In this document: piece after piece, positions 57,261-64,000 of the stretch | How the letters are laid out: each line of letters begins with the position of its first letter | How positions within the stretch are numbered: position 1 is the first letter of the stretch | Assembly (NCBI GenBank): GCA_963812605.1 | Contig: CAWEWF010000007.1 | Span: forward strand, 1-64,000 | Direction: 5' to 3' | Length of the DNA: 64,000 nt | DNA from: an uncultured Verrucomicrobiae bacterium | Lineage (GTDB): Bacteria > Verrucomicrobiota > Verrucomicrobiia > Palsa-1439 | Notes under the pieces: model-generated | Seen by the model: only the letters and a program-made list of their open reading frames with translations | Told to the model about the DNA's origin: nothing | Databases searched by the model: none | Translations under genes and position numbers: made by a program

Positions 57261-58873
57261 CGGCCACCAGCCCCTTGGTCGATTCCGCGTTGCGGACGAC
57301 GGCTTTCATTCCAAAAACCTCCTCGAACAAGTTGCCCTTTTCCTTCAGCGCGAGCCGCTCCAGCGTGAGGTCCACGGCATCACTGATGGAAATGACAAAC
57401 TGGCCGGGCTCACGGGAGAATGTCAGCGCGCGCTTCTGTTGCATGTGGTCGCGATCCAGCGCGTCGGCCACCCGGAGGATGGCCGCCATTTTCGCCACTG
57501 CGATACGGCTGTCGCGGTCGAGTGTCGTATATTCCTCGTGGTAGGGGCGCGGCGTGGCGCGGCGGTGATAACGGGCCACCAGCGCGATGAGTGCGATATC
57601 TTTCCGGGTCAGCCCAAACAACTCGCTGTTCATGATGATATACATGGAGTGCTTGTGATGGCTGCGATCGCCGATGAACATTCCCACTTCATGCAGCAGC
57701 GCCGCGATCTTCAGCAGCAGTTCAAAGCGTTTCTCGAGGCGATGCTCCGGCTGCAGTTCATGGAACAGGCGAATGCTCAATTCAGCGACCTGCTGCGAAT
57801 GTTTTTCATCGAAGGCGTATTTTGCGCCCAGCGCGAGCGCGGATTGGACCGCCTGCTCGGAAAAGCCCTCGGTCCAGGTGCCGCCGGCCGCCATTTCCTT
57901 CAGCAAACCCTCGCGCAGGCTCGATTTCGGCACGAGGATTTGCTTCACATGGAATGCGTCCGCCAAATGCGAGTAGGCCAGAAGCGCGGGGCCGACGGTT
58001 TCCGCTTCCTGGTAGGGGATGCGGTATTTGCGCACGAGTTCGTCAACGGTGGTCGGGACGAGTTGTTCGGTGAGCGCGGAAAATGTTTTCACGTTCACGG
58101 AACTGATTCGCACGTCGGCCCAGTTGGGAGAAAGGAGCGAGGCGGCGAACTGCGCATCGCCCGAAATCGCGACCATGTAGCGGACCTTGTCAACGGGCAC
58201 ATTGCGATGCAACTGGTCGACCATGCGGTTAATGTGCTGGTCGAGAATCGTGCGCACGCGCTCGGCCGGCGCGCGAAACGTCTCCAGTGTCTCGCGCATG
58301 CGGAGCGAGCCAAGACGATAACTGTTGGCGAACGTGACGCTGCCCTTTTGCGTCAACACCAGTTCGGTGCTCCCACCGCCCACGTCGACAATGATGGCGT
58401 CCGCATTTTTCAAGGAGCCATCCTGTTGCAGCACGTCCTGCACGGCGATATACGTCAGGCGGTTCTCCTCGGTGCCCTCGATAACTTCCACATTGATCTG
58501 GGTGGACATATAGAGGCGATCGACAAAGGCGTAACGGTTTTCCGCCTCGCGCACGGCGCTGGTGGCCACGGCGCGAATCTGGTCGTCGCGCGTGACACCG
58601 TACTCGGCCATCACATCGCCGGAACCCCAGCAACACTTTGATGCAATCCTCAATGGTCGAGGCCTGGATGCGGCCAGTGCTGAACGTGTCCTTGCCGAGC
58701 CGCAGCGCTTGCTGGAGGGAATCGAGGTTGCGAACCTCACCATGCGGGCCGATCTCGGCAATGCGCATGCGGATGGCGCTTGCCCCGATGTCGATGACCG
58801 CGACGGGCCGCGCGCCGGGGGTCGTGCGCGTCATCGTACTGGATCGTGCTGTTTTGTCCTTGGGATCGTTCAT
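57253..58873 (-). CDS. ppx: Exopolyphosphatase Ppx/GppA with HD-like C-domain (apparent frameshift near 58620)
   Basis: IDIGASAIR, LRLG / VATSAVREAEN, GTEE, DVGGGSTE, LREG, LLHEVG. Confidence 0.93.
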
Positions 58874-58881
58874 GGCGGGCG

Positions 58882-59874
58882 TCAATCCCGCGGGTTTCGT
58901 TTGTACTCGGCGGCGAGAGCCGCGGCGCCCATCACCACCGCGTTATCGCCGAGTTTCGCGACGACCACTTTCAATGATTTTGTGAAGGGACGCATTGCCT
59001 GTTTTTTGATCGAAGCACGAACCTGCTGGACGTACAGGCCCGGCATGGCTTCCACGAGACCACCGCCGAGAACAACCATATCAGGTGCGAGCAAATTCAC
59101 AACACTGCCAATGGCAATTCCGAGGTCTTTTGCGGAATGGCTGACGATTTCTTCGATGGCGAGGTCGCCCGCCTTGATCGCGGAAGCCACCGCCCCGCTG
59201 CGAATCCCTGCCATGTCGGTGCCGGCGAGTTCCAACAGATGCGGGGCTTCCCCACGGTACGCGGCCGCCCCCGCTTCCGCGGCAATCGCCAGGCGGCTGG
59301 CAACAGTCTCGAGACAACCACGCCGGCCGCACCCGCACAGGCGGCCTTTCGGCTGCATATGGATGTGGCCGATTTCCATGCAGGAACCCGTGCGACCACG
59401 AAAGAGTTTGCCCTCGTATACGAGTCCGCCGCCGATGCCGGTGCCGGGAAACACGCCGAGCAGGCAGCGCACGCCCTGGCCCGCGCCAAAGTGGTATTCA
59501 CCGTACGTGCCCGCATCCACGTCGTTAGCGACGATGACGGGGCAGCCAAAATCCTTGGTCAGTTCTTTCTTCAGCGGCAAGTTGCGCAAGCCAAGGTTCG
59601 GCGCGAGGAGAACGACGCCGCGGTCCAGGTCGAGCCAACCCGGGCAGCCGATGCCGATCGCGCCAAGTTGTCGGTGGTCGAGGTGCGCAGCCTGCAACGC
59701 TTCCTCGACCGTTTCAACAATGCGCCCAAGCACGCCTTTGGAACCCTTGCCATCCTTGGTTTTCTTGCGTCGGTAGGCAACGATGTTGAAGTCCTTGTCA
59801 AACACCGTGGCCATCATCTTGGTCCCGCCCAGGTCGAAGCCCAACCAGTAGCGGTTCTTGGAAGACGATTTCAT
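58882..59874 (-). CDS. ROK-family sugar kinase (glucokinase-like)
   Basis: FDLGGTK, ANDV, GTGIGGG, EIGH, CGCGRRGCLE. Confidence 0.93.
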   Translation of the reverse strand: MKSSSKNRYWLGFDLGGTKMMATVFDKDFNIVAYRRKKTKDGKGSKGVLGRIVETVEEALQAAHLDHRQLGAIGIGCPGWLDLDRGVVLLAPNLGLRNLPLKKELTKDFGCPVIVANDVDAGTYGEYHFGAGQGVRCLLGVFPGTGIGGGLVYEGKLFRGRTGSCMEIGHIHMQPKGRLCGCGRRGCLETVASRLAIAAEAGAAAYRGEAPHLLELAGTDMAGIRSGAVASAIKAGDLAIEEIVSHSAKDLGIAIGSVVNLLAPDMVVLGGGLVEAMPGLYVQQVRASIKKQAMRPFTKSLKVVVAKLGDNAVVMGAAALAAEYKRNPRD

Positions 59875-59946
59875 CCGTTCTCCTTATTTGTCGTAAAAAT
59901 GGTCCACGCCGGCCGACCGGGCGGCCAGCGACGGTTGCGGCGCCGG

Positions 59947-60603
59947 CTATTCGTTCTGGTGACGAATATCGCGCCCTTCGTAGAGATAGACAATATCTTC
60001 CGCAATATTTGTGGCGTGGTCGGCGATGCGCTCCAGGTTGTGGGCGACACTCATCAAATTCAGGCAGCGGGTAATGGTGTGTGGATCTTCAATCATGAAA
60101 CTGGTCAACTCGCGATGGAGCTGGCGATTGAGGAGGTCAACCTTCTCATCGCGCTTGATAATCGCGCGCGCCAAATCCGGTTTCGCGTAAACAAACGCGT
60201 CGAGCGAATCGTGAATCATGCCCTGCGCATGATCGGCCATGCGCGGAATATCCACCAGCGGTTTCAAGAGCGGTTCACGGTTCAACTCTTCGGCCCGGTG
60301 GGCGATGTTCACAGCCTGGTCGCCGATGCGTTCCAACTCTCCGGAAAGTCTCATGGCCATCGTGATAAAGCGCAGATCGGTCGCTGTGGGCTGGCCAAGC
60401 CCAAGGAGTTTGATCGAATGGCCATCGATATCAATCTCCAGTTTGTCGAGCACGGCATCGTCGGCGTCAACCTTTTTTGCCAGTGCGTCATCGCGGTGGA
60501 CGAGCGCCTTAAGCGCTTGGGCGACGCTTTGTTCGGTGAAACCCGCCATGCGCAGCAGATTTTCCTTCAAGTCCGCGAGTTCTTGATCGAAGTTGCGGTT
60601 CAT
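59947..60603 (-). CDS. phoU: Phosphate signalling protein PhoU
   Basis: QPTATDLR, LERIGD, DEKVD, LERIADHATNIAE. Confidence 0.96.
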   Translation of the reverse strand: MNRNFDQELADLKENLLRMAGFTEQSVAQALKALVHRDDALAKKVDADDAVLDKLEIDIDGHSIKLLGLGQPTATDLRFITMAMRLSGELERIGDQAVNIAHRAEELNREPLLKPLVDIPRMADHAQGMIHDSLDAFVYAKPDLARAIIKRDEKVDLLNRQLHRELTSFMIEDPHTITRCLNLMSVAHNLERIADHATNIAEDIVYLYEGRDIRHQNE

Positions 60604-60705
60604 AATCAGCGAAATCTTCCGTTTGTGTAATCTTCCGTTTGTTTATTCGAGGAATTGGTGAAGAGCCTGACCGTTTTTTTCGATCGTGACTACTATCCAC
60701 TGTCG

Positions 60706-60732
60706 GTTACGTTTGTGTTACGGTTTTGTTTC
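60706..60732 (-). promoter_or_regulatory. Pho-box-like 11-bp periodic repeats (GAAAC/GTAAC/GTAAC) upstream of phoU
   Basis: Units at 60728, 60717 and 60706; TAGTAG about 10 nt downstream on the - strand. Confidence 0.55.
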
Positions 60733-60794
60733 GGGCCCGTCATATCGGCGTCGATGGCCCTTCCGAACTGGCAAAGATGCAGTCGGGACACGGA

Positions 60795-61208
60795 CTACGG
60801 AGTCGAAGGCCCACGAACACGCATAGGTCGCAACAACGATTCGACGCGCGCCAGCAGTTCGGGCATCGCGAACGGTTTGGTCATATAGTCGTTCGCGCCG
60901 AGCTTGAAGCCCTGCACCTTGTTTTCGGTTGAGGCTGCGGCGGTCAACATAAACACCGAGATGTGTCGGGTCGATGGACTGGTCTTCAACATTCGGCAGA
61001 CTTCGAACCCATGGACCTTCGGCAGCATCAAGTCGAGGATCACCAGGTCAGGACGACGTTCAAAGCTAAGGTTCAGCGTGCTCGCACCGTCCGATGCAAC
61101 GGTGGTATGATACCCGCGTCGTTGCAAGTGAAACTGCAACAGATTCGCCGTATCCGGCTCATCTTCAGCAATAAGTATCGATTTGAGCTTTGGCACTGGG
61201 TCACACAC
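60795..61208 (-). CDS. PhoB-like receiver domain with no DNA-binding domain
   Basis: ILIAEDE, ILDLMLP, MLTA, GANDYMTKPF; ends just after LLARVESLLR. Confidence 0.85.
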   Translation of the reverse strand: MCDPVPKLKSILIAEDEPDTANLLQFHLQRRGYHTTVASDGASTLNLSFERRPDLVILDLMLPKVHGFEVCRMLKTSPSTRHISVFMLTAAASTENKVQGFKLGANDYMTKPFAMPELLARVESLLRPMRVRGPSTP

Positions 61209-61286
61209 AACTTAGGATGCAGCCAGCGGCAGACGACAACGCGACGATCAGGTTACGGCCAGGTTAAATCGACCACCCGGGGAGGG

Positions 61287-63107
61287 TTACCCTGCGCGGG
61301 GCAATGTGAAATAGAACGTACTCCCCTTCTCAAGCTCGCTCTCAGCCCAAACACGTCCGGTATGGGACTGGACGATGTGTTTGACAATGGAGAGCCCGAG
61401 GCCCGTGCCGCCGAGTTCGCGGCTGCGCGCCCTATCGACTCGATAGAAGCGTTCAAAGACATGGGGTAGGTGTTCCGACGCGATGCCCGGGCCGTCATCC
61501 GCCACAGTGGTTTCAATGAACCCGTTTTTCTCTTCCGCGCGGATCGTCACATGGCCGCCGGACGGTGTGTATTTGATCGCGTTATCCAGCAGGTTAAAGA
61601 GCACCTGATGCAGTCGTTGCGCATCCGCGCGAACGGCCGGAAGCTGTTCGGGGATCTCCAGCAAGACAGCAACGAATTTCTCAAAGGCTTGTCGCGCCAG
61701 TTCGTCGACCACGGATTGGGCGGCCGCGTGCAGGGAGACGGGCTCGAAGTTGAGGCGGGCCTGCTGGGATTCGAGCGCGGAAATGCTTAGCAAATCGGCA
61801 ATGAGCGCCTCGAGGCGGCGTGAGTGGCGCTGGATGGTTTGGAGAAACTGGCGAGCCGTCTCTTCGTCGGGCGGCTGCTCATCCAGCAGGGTCTCGACGT
61901 ATCCTTTGATGATTGACAGCGGGGTGCGCAACTCGTGGCTGACATTGGCCACGAATTCCTTGCGCGTGTTTTCGAACTGCCGCATGCGGGTAATGTCGTG
62001 GAAGACCACGATTACGCCCGTGAGTGCACCCTGATGGTTTTGCAAACGCGTGGCGCTGAGTTCGTAGGCGCGTTCGTTCGGTGTCAGGAAGGTCAATTCG
62101 CGAGCGGCCACATCGCCTTTCTGAATGACTTCGTTGACCAGTTCGTGCAGCGGAACATTGCGAAATGCCTCCAGCACGGTTTTTCCAACAGCTTCCTCGC
62201 TGATGGCAAATGGACTTCGCAGCGCCTCGTTTGTCAGGCGAATTCGGCCATCGGGGCGCACGACCAGTACGCCTTCGGTCATGCCGGCGAGGATCGCACC
62301 AAGGTCAGCCTTCTCCTCGCTGAGTTCGCGGATGCGCGCGGCCAACTGTGACGACATGTCATTGAGCGCGGTGGCCAGGTCACCAAGTTCGCCACTGACC
62401 CTCGGGGGAGCCTTCTCACTGAAATCCCCGCGCGCCACGCGTTCCGCCACTTCACGCATCTGGAGGATGGGACGGGTCACGCGCCGCGACAACCAGTACA
62501 GAATCGGCGCGGTGGCAAGACCGACCAACGCACTGGCCACGGCCACGGTGTGGAGCACGCGCGCGGTTGTGCGTTGAATCTCCACCAGCGGCATGGCCAC
62601 GCGGACGATTCCCACGAGGTTGTCGTTCCGAACCGGCACCGCCACGTACAGCAGGTCGACACCAATCGTGTCACTGTGACGCATCGCGCTGCCGATGTCT
62701 TCACGCAGTGCTTGCTGGACTTCGGGGCGTTGCAGATGATTCTCGATGTCCTTCAGTTCGCTTTCTGGCTTGTCCGATTCGCCGATAACCGTCCCGCCGG
62801 GGCCGATCACGGTGATGCGGAGGCCGGTTTTCCCCGCGAGGTCATGGCTGAGACGGTTCATTTCCGCCGCATCCGCGTGTCCTGTCTTGAGCTGGGATTC
62901 GAATACTTCGCGAACCACGACCGCATCCCGTCTCAAGTCCGCCTCGATTTGGCGCACCAGGTACGGGGGCAGCGTGAGGCGCAGGGCGAGGTAGACGACG
63001 AGCAACAGATCGGCGAGGAGAATCGTCAGGCCAAGGAAGTATTTTGATGGCAATGAAAGTTTCAAGTTCTGGCACCACACGATAGCGGACGCGAAGCGCC
63101 GATTCAA
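61287..63107 (-). CDS. phoR: PhoR-type sensor kinase (TM-extracytoplasmic-TM-HAMP-PAS-HisKA-HATPase); start uncertain
   Basis: ENHLQRPEV, HAMP, GMTEGV PAS, FVANVSHELRTPL, FYRVDRARSRELGGTGLGLSIVKH. Confidence 0.9.
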   Translation of the reverse strand: MNRRFASAIVWCQNLKLSLPSKYFLGLTILLADLLLVVYLALRLTLPPYLVRQIEADLRRDAVVVREVFESQLKTGHADAAEMNRLSHDLAGKTGLRITVIGPGGTVIGESDKPESELKDIENHLQRPEVQQALREDIGSAMRHSDTIGVDLLYVAVPVRNDNLVGIVRVAMPLVEIQRTTARVLHTVAVASALVGLATAPILYWLSRRVTRPILQMREVAERVARGDFSEKAPPRVSGELGDLATALNDMSSQLAARIRELSEEKADLGAILAGMTEGVLVVRPDGRIRLTNEALRSPFAISEEAVGKTVLEAFRNVPLHELVNEVIQKGDVAARELTFLTPNERAYELSATRLQNHQGALTGVIVVFHDITRMRQFENTRKEFVANVSHELRTPLSIIKGYVETLLDEQPPDEETARQFLQTIQRHSRRLEALIADLLSISALESQQARLNFEPVSLHAAAQSVVDELARQAFEKFVAVLLEIPEQLPAVRADAQRLHQVLFNLLDNAIKYTPSGGHVTIRAEEKNGFIETTVADDGPGIASEHLPHVFERFYRVDRARSRELGGTGLGLSIVKHIVQSHTGRVWAESELEKGSTFYFTLPRAG

Positions 63108-63156
63108 TGAAATCGGGGCGAAAAAGGGGAAGGGCCGAGCAACTTGTTGCTATTCC

Positions 63157-63183
63157 GTATGAATTTCGTTACACAATTGTCAT
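63157..63183 (+). promoter_or_regulatory. Pho-box-like repeats (GTATG/GTTAC/GTCAT, 11-bp period) just upstream of the DUF47 SD
   Basis: Units at 63157, 63168 and 63179. Confidence 0.5.
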
Positions 63184-63204
63184 CGGTCATCAGGAGAATA
63201 GCCC

Positions 63205-63831
63205 ATGCTGAGGCAACTCATTCCACAGGAATATGATTTCTTCGAATCGTTCGACCTGGCCGCCGCGCAGGCGGTCATAGCGGCTCGTCTACTATTGAAG
63301 TTGACCGAGAATTATGCGGATGCCGACCCCATCGCGCGCGAGCTGAACGAGGTCGAGCACGCCTGCGACAACGTCGCGCATCGCACGATGGATCAATTGA
63401 ACAAGTCGTTCATCACGCCGCTCGATCGGGAGGACATCCACGTGATGATTCTGCGCATTGATGACGTCGTCGATCTGATCAACGCCGCCGCCAATCGCAT
63501 CGCCTTTTTCGGCATCCAGAAACCCACCCAGCATGCAATCAATCTCGCCAAGCAGATTGTCCGCGGCTGCGAGAAGCTCGCGGAAGCGGTTCGCGGGATG
63601 CGCTCGGCCAAACACTACGAGCAGGTCATGCGGGATTGCATCACCGTGCATGAAGTCGAGAATGCGGCCGACGACATTCTCCATACGGCGCTGGCCGAGT
63701 TGTTCGCGAAGGAAAAAAACGCCATCGAAGTCATCAAATGGAAGGACATTTACGAGACGATGGAGAAGGTCACCGACCGCCTGGAAGACGTCGCGAATGT
63801 TCTTCAGGGCGTCATTGTCAAGATGAGCTGA
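63205..63831 (+). CDS. DUF47 Pit accessory protein (Pap/YkaA-like)
   Basis: EHACD, FITPLDREDI, ENAADD, KWKDIYE; upstream of pit. Confidence 0.93.
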   Translation: MLRQLIPQEYDFFESFDLAAAQAVIAARLLLKLTENYADADPIARELNEVEHACDNVAHRTMDQLNKSFITPLDREDIHVMILRIDDVVDLINAAANRIAFFGIQKPTQHAINLAKQIVRGCEKLAEAVRGMRSAKHYEQVMRDCITVHEVENAADDILHTALAELFAKEKNAIEVIKWKDIYETMEKVTDRLEDVANVLQGVIVKMS

Positions 63832-63856
63832 ACACCGGCCACGACTGGAGACCTGA

Positions 63857-64000
63857 ATGTCCGCGTTCTTCACCGACCTGCTGCATATCTTCCAGAATCC
63901 GTACATCGCCCTGATTTTTTTCACGGCGCTGGTGTTTGATTTTATCAACGGATTTCACGACGCGGCCAATTCCATCGCCACGATTGTCAGTACACGCGTA
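63857..64000 (+). CDS. pit: Inorganic phosphate transporter (PiT family), partial
   Basis: FDFINGFHDAANSIATIVSTR signature. Confidence 0.93.
   Translation, partial: MSAFFTDLLHIFQNPYIALIFFTALVFDFINGFHDAANSIATIVSTRV

Noticed and set aside
55134-60630. Long plus-strand ORFs (595, 564, 497 aa) and similar antisense ORFs elsewhere (e.g. 6985-8688, 30858-32297)
   Set aside because: Shadow frames opposite well-supported high-GC genes; no recognisable motifs.
1-64000. CRISPR array, rRNA, transposase, integrase or prophage genes
   Set aside because: No regularly spaced repeat-spacer array or recognisable motifs of these classes were seen.

Overview
A roughly 60% GC bacterial window. It is most likely from a Verrucomicrobiota/PVC genome, inferred from the H-X9-DG pilin-like gene, the beta-rich secreted protein ending in ...FYRV, the clpS-DUF2017 pair and GTAG-type REP palindromes. 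At least ten otherwise intact genes carry single-base frameshifts, which points to an indel-prone long-read assembly, so pseudogene calls are provisional. Layout: (1-10 kb) receiver protein, SDR, RelE-type toxin-antitoxin pair, macrodomain, then two DUF4139-like genes, a TPR lipoprotein, an OmpR-family regulator/sensor kinase pair and an uncharacterised exported protein, with a shared TTTTAC-N5-TTTTAC box nearby; (10-14 kb) secreted beta-repeat protein and H-X9-DG protein, with a 114-bp duplication; (14-24 kb) housekeeping genes tmk, holB, O-antigen-ligase/TPR, accBC, a PPi-type pfk, thiE, a pfkB kinase and clpS; (23.8-29.2 kb) tRNA-Gly flanked by degenerate copies of itself, then a small accessory islet with a decayed HigBA-like pair and two paralogous promoter-to-terminator sRNA candidates; (29.4-47.7 kb) an 18-kb co-oriented respiratory cluster: 4x[4Fe-4S] polyferredoxin, HEAT membrane protein, Rieske protein, split b6-like cytochrome b with the heme c_i cysteine, an 8-CxxCH cytochrome c with an inserted LysM-like domain, a cupredoxin-like protein, aa3 oxidase and assembly genes, with a Rex/CRP-like operator; (47.7-53 kb) two TMTC-like glycosyltransferases, yqeY and an ECF sigma/anti-sigma with a Pho-box-like site; (53.5-55 kb) an aberrant tRNA-Asp and a low-GC islet; (55-64 kb) a phosphate cluster (ppk1, ppx, ROK kinase, phoU, receiver-only regulator, phoR, DUF47, pit). 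The best candidates for novelty are the respiratory cluster with its LysM-bearing octaheme cytochrome and polyferredoxin, the sRNA pair, and the DUF4139/two-component regulon. All family assignments come from motif recognition by eye; no searches were run.
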